This document shows positions 41,854 to 52,672 of a stretch of 64,000 nt of DNA, piece by piece. How positions within the stretch are numbered: the stretch's first letter is position 1; every line of letters begins with the position of its first letter. The position numbers and the translations under genes were made by a program. Where the stretch lies: assembly GCA_963718525.1 (NCBI GenBank), contig OY970355.1, positions 2,176,001-2,240,000 of the forward strand, in the 5' to 3' direction. Source of the stretch: Candidatus Dormiibacterota bacterium. Its GTDB lineage: Bacteria > Chloroflexota > Dormibacteria > Aeolococcales > Aeolococcaceae. The notes under the pieces are model-generated. The model was not told where the DNA came from, ran no database searches, and saw only the letters and a program-made list of their open reading frames with translations.

Positions 41854-43248
41854 ATGACAAGCAACAGCGCCCCATCGACCCTCGCGGAAATCCATCGTGA
41901 TAGCGATGACGACAGCCTCACACGACTGCCCGCTGCCGAGATGGCGCGGCTCGTACGGACCCGGACGCTCGACCCCGTCGAGCTCCTCGAGGCGAGCCTG
42001 CGGCGCATCGAAGCGCTGGAGCCGCGCCTCCATGCCTTCGTCGCAGTCCTCGAGCGTTCGGCCCTTGACGAGGCAGAACGCCTGCGCGACCGGTCCGACC
42101 TCGATCGCCTACCGCTGGCCGGCGTCCCGGTTGCCGTCAAAGACAACATCGAGATCGCCGGTGAACCCACGACTCAGGGCTCCCGAGCCACGTCCCAAGC
42201 GCCGGCCGCGGAGGACTCAACCATCGTGCGGCGGCTGCGCGAGGCCGGCGCGGTAATTGTGGGCAGGACGGTCATGCCTGAGCTCGCGATCTGGCCGTTC
42301 ACCGAGCCCGAAGCGTTCCCGGCCCCACGGAACCCGTGGAACCTGGACTGCACGCCCGGCGGGTCGAGCGGAGGTTCGGCGGTTGCCGTGGCTGCCCGCA
42401 TGGCTGCCCTTGCCGTGGGTTCGGACGGCGGTGGATCGCTTCGCGTCCCTGCGGCCTGCTGCGGCATCGTGGGCGTCAAACCGGCACCGGGTCTCGTGCC
42501 CCTGCCCGGGGAGCAAACCGAGCACTGGCATGGCCTCACAGCGTTCGGACCGCTAGCGCGCAACGTGACTGACGCAGCGCTGTTGCTCGACGTCCTCGCG
42601 GAGAGCCATGCCCATCAGGATCCCGCGGCGGCAACGAGCGGACTGCGCATCGCCATCTCGACTCGCCACCCCGTGTTCGGCGTTCGACCATCCCGCGAGA
42701 TTCGCGAGTTGCTCTCGAGCACGGCGGCTGCGCTGGCGGCAGCCGGCCACACCGTTGCATCCGCGGATCCTCGATACCCGATGTTGCCGACGCAGTTCAC
42801 TAGCCGGTGGCTTGCAGGCATCGCTCAGGACGCCACCCATGTCGACATGGCGCGGGTCGAATCACGGACGGCCGCGATGGTCCGGCGCGGGCAGCGAGCG
42901 CAACGCACGGTACGACCTGCGAGCGAGAGCAAGTTCGCCAAGTACATCCAACGTTGGTTGGAGGGATGCGACGTCCTCATCACGCCGGTGCTCGCGTCGC
43001 CTCCTGTGCCGATTGGCAAATGGGGAGGCCGGGGATGGACCTCAACGATGCTCGGCGTCGGTCGGTGGACCTACACGAGCATGTGGAATGTCGCCGGCGT
43101 CGCGGCGGTTGCCATACCGGCCGGCATGACCGGTGAAGGCCTGCCCCTGGGTGTGCAACTCATTGGGCCGGCAGGTTCCGAGTCACTGCTGCTCTCGGTC
43201 GCGACACAGTTGGAGCGGGCGAATCCTTGGCCGACGGCTCCGGTCTAG
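41854..43248 (+). CDS. Amidase (amidase signature family)
   Basis: VAVKDN, GGSSGGSA, GSDGGGSLRVPA. Confidence 0.94.
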   Translation: MTSNSAPSTLAEIHRDSDDDSLTRLPAAEMARLVRTRTLDPVELLEASLRRIEALEPRLHAFVAVLERSALDEAERLRDRSDLDRLPLAGVPVAVKDNIEIAGEPTTQGSRATSQAPAAEDSTIVRRLREAGAVIVGRTVMPELAIWPFTEPEAFPAPRNPWNLDCTPGGSSGGSAVAVAARMAALAVGSDGGGSLRVPAACCGIVGVKPAPGLVPLPGEQTEHWHGLTAFGPLARNVTDAALLLDVLAESHAHQDPAAATSGLRIAISTRHPVFGVRPSREIRELLSSTAAALAAAGHTVASADPRYPMLPTQFTSRWLAGIAQDATHVDMARVESRTAAMVRRGQRAQRTVRPASESKFAKYIQRWLEGCDVLITPVLASPPVPIGKWGGRGWTSTMLGVGRWTYTSMWNVAGVAAVAIPAGMTGEGLPLGVQLIGPAGSESLLLSVATQLERANPWPTAPV

Positions 43249-43465
43249 AGCCGATGCTCCGAGACCACCCCGGTCAACGCGTCACGATGCAACGACCCGC
43301 CAGAGCATCCGCGCCGGCGACTGGCACACATCAGGTGACCAAACGCACGTCTCGTGATGTCGAAGCGATTCCAGTGGATTCCATCAAACAAGCTCTAGTC
43401 GTCATTCCAACCATTTCCCACAAAACCACTCTAAATCGAACTCAGCACTCATCGGGAAATGAGGG

Positions 43466-43512
43466 CTAGTCTGGGGGACCAGGGGTCGCAGGTTCGAGTC
43501 CTGTCTCCCCGA
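43466..43512 (+). repeat. tRNA-Pro 3'-half copy, att site R7
   Basis: CTAGT+CTGGGGGACCAG...CTCCCCGA; followed by CGGACGCGCGA. Confidence 0.97.
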
Positions 43513-43709
43513 CGGACGCGCGATTTGATTCGCGGCGAGCGATTAAGGCACGTTGGGCACCGGCGGTGGAACGGATGTAGCGCTGTAACCAGGAATGATG
43601 GCTGTTCCTGCAAAAGGCATCATTCCCCTGTTAGAGCCGGTGTCGTCCAGAGACCGGCCCGGACGCCGCCACGACTGCAGAGGCAGTCGAACTTGAACCG
43701 CATTCAGCC

Positions 43710-44195
43710 TCAGACCCGCGCCTGGACGGCCGGCTGTCGTATCACGTGCGCCCCAAGTGGGACGACGACGACGGGCAGTTCAGTCTGCAGCGTCAGCCCA
43801 TGGCTGGTGCTCCCGTGGAGCAATTCGGCGAATGCATGCTGGCCTCGGGTGCCCACGACAATCAGCTGGGCTCCCACCTCCGTGGCCACATCTGCGAGCA
43901 CGATGGGTGCTGACCCCTCCTGCACGCGCGACTCCCACGCGACACCGGCCGCCCTGAGAGGCTCGCAGAACTCGGTGATCACCCGCTCCTGCAGGTCCGC
44001 GCTGGTCTGATCGACAACGTCCTGCGGGACATACATCACGTACCCGCCGGCTCCGACGATTGGCGGCGCCAGCGGAGGTGCTACGTGAACGAGGACTACT
44101 CGCGCGCCGAGTTGGCGTGCGAGCTCGGCGGTCCAGGCGACTGCGTTCTGCCCTTGGCTGGATCCATCCGTACCTACGACGATTGTCTTGATCAT
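43710..44195 (-). CDS. Universal stress protein
   Basis: IVVGTDGS, LIVVGTRG..LHGSTS, PVVVVP. Confidence 0.92.
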   Translation of the reverse strand: MIKTIVVGTDGSSQGQNAVAWTAELARQLGARVVLVHVAPPLAPPIVGAGGYVMYVPQDVVDQTSADLQERVITEFCEPLRAAGVAWESRVQEGSAPIVLADVATEVGAQLIVVGTRGQHAFAELLHGSTSHGLTLQTELPVVVVPLGAHVIRQPAVQARV

Positions 44196-44357
44196 CAGAC
44201 GACCTCCATGACTCGGTATGCCCCTGTGATACAGCCGTTGGGCCGCACTCGCTAGAGCCGAACGACATCAGGTGTATACGGACCTTTGGCTCCATTAAGG
44301 TCCCAGGAGAGCGTCATGCAAGACTCCGTCGGTCAGGAGCCGTTCGTCACGTCGATC

Positions 44358-46316
44358 CTATCGGCGAATGAGGTCTGCAACCGCGTACTCGGATGGTGAG
44401 GAAAACTGGCTCGAGTACAGGTCGTAATAGAACCCGCGGCGCTCGAGCAGCTCGGTGTGGCTGCCGACCTCGACGATCCGGCCTGCATCCATCACCACGA
44501 TGAAGTCGGCGTTGCGGATCGTGGACAGACGATGGGCGATCACGAAGCTCGTCCGACCGGACCGGAGGCGCGCCATCGCCTCCTGGATGAGCACCTCGGT
44601 CCGCGTGTCGACGTTGCTCGTCGCTTCGTCGAGGATGAGAATGGCCGGCTTGGCGAGGAAAGCCCTGGCGATCGTGATCAACTGCTGCTGCCCTGACGAG
44701 ATGTTGGACGCATCCTCGTCAAGGACCGTGTCGTAGCCGTCTGGGAGCGTGCGCACGAACTGGTCGACATAGGCAGCTTTGCCCGCTTCGACAACATCCT
44801 CGGTGGTGGCTCCGTCTCTGGCGTACGCGATGTTCTCTCGGATGCTTCCAGCGAAGAGCCAGGTGTCCTGAAGCACCATGCCGAACATGCTGCGCAGGCG
44901 TTCGCGGGGGAGCAGGTTGATGTCCACGCCGTCGACGAGGATGTGTCCGGAATTGATCTGATAGAAACGCATCAACAGGTTGACGATGGTTGTCTTGCCG
45001 GCGCCGGTGGGGCCCACGATCGCGACTGTCTGGCCGGGGAGCACGTCCAAGCTGAAGTCGTGAATGAGCGGTTTGTCTGCGACGTAGCGGAACGCGACGT
45101 GCTCCAGCGTCACGTGCCCTTGAGTCCGCCCAGCGGGCGAGGATCCCACGGCATCGGGCTCCTCCTCGGCGGCGAGAAACTCGAAGACGCGTTCGGCCGA
45201 TGCCAGCCCCGACTGCAGGAGATTCATCTGGCTGGCGATCTGGGTGATCGGCATCGTGAACTGCCGCGAGTACTGAATGAACGCCTGGACATCGCCGAGG
45301 GTCATCGTGCCGGACACGACCCGGTAACCGCCGATGACGGCGATTGCGACGTAGTTCAGGTTGGCTAGGAGCTGCATCGCCGGTTGCATCGTGCCGGAGA
45401 GGAATTGCGCGCGAAAGCTCGCCTCATAGAGCTTCTGGTTCTTGCCATCGAAGTCGTCGATGGTGCTCGCCGTCCGGCCGTAGACCTGGACCAACGCGTG
45501 CCCCGTGTGGGTCTGCTCCACATGGGCATTGACGGTGCCGGTCCGCTCCCACTGCGCTGCGAACTGCTTCTGGGCGCGGCGAGCGATCACAAGGGTCACG
45601 CCGATCGACATGGGAACGGTGACGAGCGAGATGACCGCCAGCAACGGGCTGATCCACAGCATCATCCCGAGCACGCCGACGATCGTCAGCGCCGATGTGA
45701 GCAGCTGGCTGAGTCCCTGCTGCAAGGTCGTCGTGACGTTGTCGATGTCGTTGGTGACCCGGCTCAACAGGTCACCGTGCGGATGGCTGTCAAAGTACTG
45801 CAGGGGGAGACGCCGGAGCTTCGCCTCAACATCACGGCGCATACCGAACACGGTTCGTTGCGCCACGCCCGCCATGAGGTAACCCTGCATCCAGCTGAAC
45901 GCCGCGCCGAGGAGGTAGAGCAACGCCACCACACCGAGGATCACACCCAGCCCTGTGAAATCGATCCCCCGCCCGGGGGTCACATTCATGCCAGAGAGCA
46001 TCTGGGCCAGCTGCCCCTGACCGTGGAGCCGGAGCCCGGCGATCACCTGCGCCTTGGTCATCCCCGCCGGCAGCCCCTTGCCGACCACACCATTGAAGAT
46101 GAGGTTGGTGGCATTGCCGATGATCCGCGGTGCGATCACCGTAAAGGCGATCCCGGTGGACGCGAGCACTGCCGCCAGCGTGATTCGCGGGGCCTCCGGA
46201 CGGAGGCGGCCGACTAACTGGCGGAGCGTGCGGCCTGGATGTCGCGTGGTTTGTGGAGGCCCGGTCGGCCCTCGAAACGCTCCGGGGCGTCCGCCCATCG
46301 GGCCGCGCGCCATCAT
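44358..46316 (-). CDS. Heterodimeric ABC exporter subunit (TM288-like)
   Basis: TM domain plus GPTGAGKT, ILDEATS, IAHRLSTI. Confidence 0.94.
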   Translation of the reverse strand: MMARGPMGGRPGAFRGPTGPPQTTRHPGRTLRQLVGRLRPEAPRITLAAVLASTGIAFTVIAPRIIGNATNLIFNGVVGKGLPAGMTKAQVIAGLRLHGQGQLAQMLSGMNVTPGRGIDFTGLGVILGVVALLYLLGAAFSWMQGYLMAGVAQRTVFGMRRDVEAKLRRLPLQYFDSHPHGDLLSRVTNDIDNVTTTLQQGLSQLLTSALTIVGVLGMMLWISPLLAVISLVTVPMSIGVTLVIARRAQKQFAAQWERTGTVNAHVEQTHTGHALVQVYGRTASTIDDFDGKNQKLYEASFRAQFLSGTMQPAMQLLANLNYVAIAVIGGYRVVSGTMTLGDVQAFIQYSRQFTMPITQIASQMNLLQSGLASAERVFEFLAAEEEPDAVGSSPAGRTQGHVTLEHVAFRYVADKPLIHDFSLDVLPGQTVAIVGPTGAGKTTIVNLLMRFYQINSGHILVDGVDINLLPRERLRSMFGMVLQDTWLFAGSIRENIAYARDGATTEDVVEAGKAAYVDQFVRTLPDGYDTVLDEDASNISSGQQQLITIARAFLAKPAILILDEATSNVDTRTEVLIQEAMARLRSGRTSFVIAHRLSTIRNADFIVVMDAGRIVEVGSHTELLERRGFYYDLYSSQFSSPSEYAVADLIRR

Positions 46317-48046
46317 GCCGCCGCCTCCCCGAGCTGCGACGCGACGATCTCCTGGTACTGGGAGCAGGAAGCCAGAAGCTCTTCGTGCGTGCCGAGGCCG
46401 ACGATGCGCCCACCGTCGAGCACGATGATCCGGTCGGCCTGGAGGATCGTGCTCACCCGCTGGGCCACAATCACCACGGTGTTCCCGCGAGTCCTGTCGA
46501 CGAGTGCCGCCCGCAGCCGAGCGTCGGTGGTGGCATCCAGGGCTGAGAAGCAATCGTCGAACAGATAGATGAGCGGACGCTTCAGGAGCGCTCGCGCGAT
46601 CGCCAGACGCTGACGCTGACCGCCGGACACGTTGGTCCCGCCTTGGTCGATGGGAGCATCGAGGCCACCGGGCATCGACCCGACGAACTCGCGCGCCTGC
46701 GCTACCTCGAGCGCGTCCCAGAGGTCGTCATCGGTTGCATCCTGGTTGGCAAAACGGAGGTTGGTGGCCACCGTTCCGCTGAACAGATAAGCCTGCTGGG
46801 GCACCAGCCCGATGTCGGCCCAGAGGCTCTCCAGTGTGCGGTCGCGGACGTCGACGCCATCCATGAACAGCGCGCCCGCACTCGCGTCGAAGAATCGTGG
46901 GATGAGATGCAACAGCGTCGTCTTTCCCGCGCCGGTGCCGCCGATGATGGCGGCGGTCTCACCTGGCTGTAACGTGAAGGACAGCCCGCGGAGCACCGGT
47001 TGCTCACTGCTGGGGTAGCCGAAGGTAACATCACGAAACTCGACGACCCCCGTCGGATGCACCGGCACGACTGGATGAGCCGGATCCGCGATCGCCGGCT
47101 GGAGGCGGATGACTTCTTCGATGCGCTCGGCGCTGGCTTCGGCGCGGGGGACCAGGATCACCATCATGACGGCCATCAACACCGACATCAGGATCTGGAG
47201 GATGTACGCGAGGAATGCTGTGAGATTCCCGATCGGCATGCTCCCGCTGTCGACGAGGTGGCCGCCGAACCAGAGCACCGCAACGCTCGACAGGTTCATC
47301 ACTCCCATGAGCGCCGGCATGGCGAGCACGAAGATCCTGTTGACGCGCAGCGTCGTCGCCGTGAGATCGGCGTTGGCGGTTGCAAACCGGTGTTCCTCGT
47401 AGTCCGAGCGTACGAACGCCCGAATGACCCGAACGCCGGTGATCTGCTCGCGCAGCACCTGGTTGATGCGGTCGATCTTGACCTGCATCTTCTGGAACAG
47501 CGGGACCGCGACGTACAGCATTGCAAGGATCAACGCGGCCATGAGCGGGACGACCACGACCAGGAGCAACGACAGGCTCACATCCTCGCGAAGCGACATG
47601 ATGACGCCGCCGATCATCATGATCGGCGCCCCGACGATGACGGTCAGGGCCATCTGCAGGAAGAGTTGGATCTGCTGGACGTCGTTGGTGTTGCGCGTAA
47701 TCAACGACGGCGTTCCGAAGGTGTTCATCTCGCGCGATGACAGCTGTAGCACGCGAGCGAAGACCGAAGCACGAAGATCGCGGCCCACCCCCATCGACGT
47801 CCGCGACGCCCAGTACACAGCGATGATCGCGATGATGCCCTGGATCACGGTCACGCCGAGCATCAGGCCGCCGGTGCGCCAGATGTAGGGGATATCCCCC
47901 TTTGAGACACCGTTGTTGATGATGTCGGCCGTGAGATTGGGCAGGTAGAGCCCCAGGACGGTCTGGAATGTGATCAGCACGACCACGCCCGAAACCTGCC
48001 GCCAGTACCGCTGCAGGTGGGAGCGCAAAAGGCGCATGAGAGTCAT
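46313..48046 (-). CDS. Heterodimeric ABC exporter subunit (TM287-like)
   Basis: GGTGAGKT, SGGQRQRL, non-canonical FDDCFSALD and AQR motifs. Confidence 0.94.
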   Translation of the reverse strand: MTLMRLLRSHLQRYWRQVSGVVVLITFQTVLGLYLPNLTADIINNGVSKGDIPYIWRTGGLMLGVTVIQGIIAIIAVYWASRTSMGVGRDLRASVFARVLQLSSREMNTFGTPSLITRNTNDVQQIQLFLQMALTVIVGAPIMMIGGVIMSLREDVSLSLLLVVVVPLMAALILAMLYVAVPLFQKMQVKIDRINQVLREQITGVRVIRAFVRSDYEEHRFATANADLTATTLRVNRIFVLAMPALMGVMNLSSVAVLWFGGHLVDSGSMPIGNLTAFLAYILQILMSVLMAVMMVILVPRAEASAERIEEVIRLQPAIADPAHPVVPVHPTGVVEFRDVTFGYPSSEQPVLRGLSFTLQPGETAAIIGGTGAGKTTLLHLIPRFFDASAGALFMDGVDVRDRTLESLWADIGLVPQQAYLFSGTVATNLRFANQDATDDDLWDALEVAQAREFVGSMPGGLDAPIDQGGTNVSGGQRQRLAIARALLKRPLIYLFDDCFSALDATTDARLRAALVDRTRGNTVVIVAQRVSTILQADRIIVLDGGRIVGLGTHEELLASCSQYQEIVASQLGEAAA

Positions 48047-48269
48047 CGTCGCGGCAAGTGGCGCTCGGACGCATTCGAGGTTAGTCTTCGCCGATCTTGA
48101 TCGATGTGCACTGCCTTCATCCCGTTGACAGACCCAGTGAGGGCATTCGGCTACAGTGTCGAGCCTGAGGCGCAAGGAGCCCAGGGGCAATCGGCCCCAA
48201 TCCCGCTGGGCCAAACGTCCTGGTGCAAACGTCCGCGACACCAACGACTGGTCTTGAGAGGAGACCGAA

Positions 48270-48686
48270 ATGGAGAGACAACCCCAGACGAGAGTTCATG
48301 AGCTCAGCAGAGAAGAGTCGATGGAGCTCCTGCAACTCCATTCCTTCGTCGGGAGGATAGGCTTTGTCGTGGAGGGGCTGCCCTTGATCCTCCCGGTCAA
48401 CTACCTCGCCGACGACGAGTTCATCGTGTTCTGCACCGAGCCAGGCACGAAGCTGAGCACCATCGGCGGCGGCGCGCGCGTGGTGTTCGAGGTAGACGAC
48501 AGCCGACCTCTCTACCACGCCGGCTGGAGTGTCGTGGTCAAAGGGACAGCTCGTGAGATCACCGACGTGAGCGAGTTGGACGAGCTGCGTCGTGGGCCGC
48601 TGCATTCGTGGGCAACACGCTCCACCGAACATTGGGTCCGAATCTCGATGGATGAGGTGACAGGCCGTCGGATCCCAGAGGTCTAA
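48270..48686 (+). CDS. Pyridoxamine 5'-phosphate oxidase-like flavin-binding protein
   Basis: ELSREES..GRIG..PVNY, FEVD..GWSVVVKG, VTGRR. Confidence 0.88.
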   Translation: MERQPQTRVHELSREESMELLQLHSFVGRIGFVVEGLPLILPVNYLADDEFIVFCTEPGTKLSTIGGGARVVFEVDDSRPLYHAGWSVVVKGTAREITDVSELDELRRGPLHSWATRSTEHWVRISMDEVTGRRIPEV

Positions 48687-48843
48687 CAGTCGGGGTCGCG
48701 CTCTCTGCCTCGTTCCGGTCGAACCAGCGCAAGCAGCATGACGTACGCCGCACAAGGCTCACGAGCCGGTCGCTTCGGCCCGGCTGATTCAGGTCAATTG
48801 GCCCTGTTGGGCTCGACATGAATCGTCCACCCTGGGTGCAGCC

Positions 48844-49281
48844 ATGGCCAACGTGCTCCGGCGGTTCCGAAGGTTGTCTCCTCCGGGCGCAGCCATGGGA
48901 GGAGTTGCGCCTCCGACTGACCCGGAAGTAGCGCGCATCTCTGAGCTCGCGCCCGTATTCGTCGCCTTGGATGCCGTGCAGAATGAGGTCGACGCAATCG
49001 TAGAAGCTGCACGCGTCGAGGCAGATCGGATCCGGTCGCAGGTTGCTGCCGACGCTGAAGCGGTCATTGCGCGCGCGACAGAGCGGGCCATCGCTGTTAA
49101 GACGCAGGAGTCGCAGCGCCGGCTCGAACGATCTGCGACCGAGCGTGAGACACGGATCGCCGCAGGGGAGGCGCAAGCAGCTACGGTGCGGACGAACGCC
49201 GACGCAAGAGCAGCTGCCGTTGCAGATGCGGTCGTCCTGCACCTTGCCTCCTTGGCTGTGGCGGGTGGGGTCGATCGATGA
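48844..49281 (+). CDS. Probable V/A-ATPase peripheral stalk subunit G/H
   Basis: Ala/Arg/Glu coiled coil heading the operon. Confidence 0.55.
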   Translation: MANVLRRFRRLSPPGAAMGGVAPPTDPEVARISELAPVFVALDAVQNEVDAIVEAARVEADRIRSQVAADAEAVIARATERAIAVKTQESQRRLERSATERETRIAAGEAQAATVRTNADARAAAVADAVVLHLASLAVAGGVDR

Positions 49282-50129
49282 GCGCCGGGTGGATCGCCGG
49301 GGATGTGCGAGCGCGTGGTCTGGCGAGTGAGCCCTCGGATGTCGCGGCGAGTGTCGCGTCCGCGACGAATCTCAGCGGCGGCGTCGCGGTGCTCGGTCAT
49401 GCGAGGTGGATACGCGACATCGAAACAGCCACGACGGTCGCGGCCAGTCAGCGTGCGGTGTTCGAGACGCTCCTCTGGCGGCTTCGAGTCACCGCCGGGT
49501 GGCTGCCGTCAGAAGGTGTTGAGATGGTCCGGAGCTGCGTCGTCTGGTTTGAAATCAGGAATATCGAGGACCGGCTCGCCTACTTCGCGGGCGCGCTGGC
49601 TGAAGTGCCATACGAACTCGGCCGTCTCGGAATCATCTCGAGGGCACTCGGCCTGACCAGCAGCGGAGAGGACATCCGGCGGCTGATGGCCGCCTCAGCG
49701 TGGGGCGATCCGGGTGGTGCGGATGCGTACCGGATCAGGATCTGGCTCCGCCGCATGTGGCACAAGCGGGCCCGCGACGCGTCTCCCCAGCTCCGGGTCT
49801 GGTCGGATGCGGCCGCATGGCTGTTGGCCGTGCGCGAGAGAACGGCAGCGCGGTCGGGTGCCGATCTCCTGGCTCGCACGCCTCCGTCGCTCCCGTCGTC
49901 CTGGAAGTGGGCGTCAGTCGACTGGGCCGGGCCAGATCTTTGGCGCGCTGAGGAACGCTGGTGGATCCAGGTACGGAAGGACGGCCTGCGGCTGCTGCAC
50001 GCGCCGATCGGAACACCGGGTCCTGCGCTGGGGGCCATCACCACCCTCGCTTCGTCAGCGCGTCGAATAGCGACGGCGCTGGAGATCGCCGCGGGCGTGG
50101 GGGGCGGAGGCATCGATGCCGCCGACTAA
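49278..50129 (+). CDS. Probable V/A-ATPase subunit C (divergent)
   Basis: Operon position; G.VRAR start and FEIRNI motif. Confidence 0.6.
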   Translation: MSAGWIAGDVRARGLASEPSDVAASVASATNLSGGVAVLGHARWIRDIETATTVAASQRAVFETLLWRLRVTAGWLPSEGVEMVRSCVVWFEIRNIEDRLAYFAGALAEVPYELGRLGIISRALGLTSSGEDIRRLMAASAWGDPGGADAYRIRIWLRRMWHKRARDASPQLRVWSDAAAWLLAVRERTAARSGADLLARTPPSLPSSWKWASVDWAGPDLWRAEERWWIQVRKDGLRLLHAPIGTPGPALGAITTLASSARRIATALEIAAGVGGGGIDAAD

Positions 50130-51495
50130 CGCCGCCGGGGCGGTTCGCATGTCTCGGGCCGCCGTTCTCATTGCCGAGAACCAAGTGCGAGCCGGGCTCG
50201 TCGAAGTGGCCGCTGCCGGATGCGTGGATTTCGACGAGGTAGGCACAACGCCGGAGGACGAGATCAGCGAGGCGCTCAGGAGATTGGCGCCCGGCGCGAC
50301 AACAGCGCCCTCGGTGGTGACGAGGATCGCCGTCGACCCTTCGAAACTGGAGCGTGAGGGCCGGCGTGATCTGCTCACCGGCGAGCAACAACTCCATCGC
50401 CTGGCTGCCGGTGGCCTCCATCGTGATGGGGTAGCCGCCTGGCTGGGGTGGCTGCCCGAGAACGAACGCGCTGGCCTGTCCCGTCGTCTTGAGCCGATTG
50501 GTGGCGCAGTGGTTGCACTCCCTCGGCCGCCCTGGCGTGAGCCACCGACGCAACTGGCGGACAACCTGGGGAGAGCTCGATTTCATGTACTCGTCGACAG
50601 CTTTGGCGTGGTGCCGTACGCGGACATCGATCCGACCCTGTTTGCTGCGGCAACGTACATCGTCATGTTCGGGATGATGTTCGCCGACGCCGGTCACGGC
50701 GCGATCGTCGCCATCCTTGGAATCATCGCGGGGCTGCAGCGGCGCTGGCCCGCCTTGCGATCGGCGTGGCCGCTCATCACCGCGTGTGGTGTGTCCGCGT
50801 GCGTGTTCGGTGTCCTCTTCGGGGAGTTCTTCGGCCCGACCGGGGTCGTGGCGCCACTGTGGATCCGTCCTCTCGACGATCCAGAGTTGTTGCTCCTCGC
50901 AGCGGTGCTGTTTGGCGCGGTGCTGATGAGTGGGAGTTACGCCATGGGGACCATCAACCGATACCGCGAAGGAGGCTGGGGTCGCGCGCTCGTCGCCGCG
51001 TCGGGCATCGCGGGGTTCTCTGTGTTCGCCGCCTTCGGTGTTCTCGCTGCGGGCATCGTCTCGCACCAGATCGTTCTCATCGTTGCGGCCGTCGTGGTCG
51101 GGGCGTTCGGCCTCGGCCTGCTGACGCTCGGCCTTCGGCGCGACGCTGCTTCGGGAGGAGGCGCTGCAGCGGAGATGGCGGTCGGCATCTTCGACACGGT
51201 GATTCGGGTCGGTACCAACCTCGTCTCATTCGCACGGCTCGCCGCGTTCGGGCTGGTGCACGCCGCGATCGAGGGACTTGTGTGGTCGGCGACGTCGTCG
51301 CTCGTCGGACGGGGATGGCTGACCCTCATCGGGATCATCGCGTTCGTCGTCGGCAACGCGATCGCCTTCGGACTCGAAGGCTTGGTTGTCGGCATCCAGG
51401 CACTTCGACTCGAGTATTACGAGCTGTTCTCTCGCTTGTTCGTTGGTGAGGGACGCAGGTTCCACCCCTGGCACCTCAATATCGTGGAGGCTTGA
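50116..51495 (+). CDS. ntpI: V/A-ATPase subunit I (compact)
   Basis: PY.DIDPT, MFGMMFADAGHG, SFARL.AFGL.H, IQALRLEYYELFS. Confidence 0.92.
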   Translation: MPPTNAAGAVRMSRAAVLIAENQVRAGLVEVAAAGCVDFDEVGTTPEDEISEALRRLAPGATTAPSVVTRIAVDPSKLEREGRRDLLTGEQQLHRLAAGGLHRDGVAAWLGWLPENERAGLSRRLEPIGGAVVALPRPPWREPPTQLADNLGRARFHVLVDSFGVVPYADIDPTLFAAATYIVMFGMMFADAGHGAIVAILGIIAGLQRRWPALRSAWPLITACGVSACVFGVLFGEFFGPTGVVAPLWIRPLDDPELLLLAAVLFGAVLMSGSYAMGTINRYREGGWGRALVAASGIAGFSVFAAFGVLAAGIVSHQIVLIVAAVVVGAFGLGLLTLGLRRDAASGGGAAAEMAVGIFDTVIRVGTNLVSFARLAAFGLVHAAIEGLVWSATSSLVGRGWLTLIGIIAFVVGNAIAFGLEGLVVGIQALRLEYYELFSRLFVGEGRRFHPWHLNIVEA

Positions 51496-52138
<643 letters not shown>

Positions 52139-52142
<4 letters not shown>

Positions 52143-52672
52143 ATCAGCTCGAACCGCTGCGTCAGAGCCTGCTCAACGCGGCTTCGGCCCGCGCCGCCGC
52201 GACGATCGCGCAGGCGCGCGCAGACGCGACGGTGACACAGGCGGCTGCGAAGGCGAGAGCGGCAAAGATCATCGCCGCGGCGCGTGCGGAAGGCAGGCGC
52301 GCGACCGAGGCGAGAGCGCAGACGCAACGCGTCGAGGCCGAGCGCGCGGCGCGGGCGCTTATCCTCACTGCCGAACGAGGAGTCGAAGACAAAGCGCGGA
52401 CTCGGGCACTGGCTGCGGCGATGACCTTTCGCCACCAGCCCGAATACATCAAGCTCCTCGACACCCTGGAGGCGAGCGCACGCCGCCGCCTCGGACCCGC
52501 CGCGGAGATCGAGCGCGATCCGCCCGACGCCGGGGGAGTGCGCGCCCGGCTGGGGCGCCGAAGCATCGACCTCACCCTGGTGTCGCTGGTCGATCAAACG
52601 CTCAGGAGTGTTCGCGATGACGCCGCGGACCCGGCCGTGATCGGCTCCGGCACCTCGGAGCTCGCGAAATGA
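52139..52672 (+). CDS. ntpE: V/A-ATPase subunit E
   Basis: N-terminal coiled coil, GGV..ID.TL C-terminus; GTG 52139. Confidence 0.7.
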
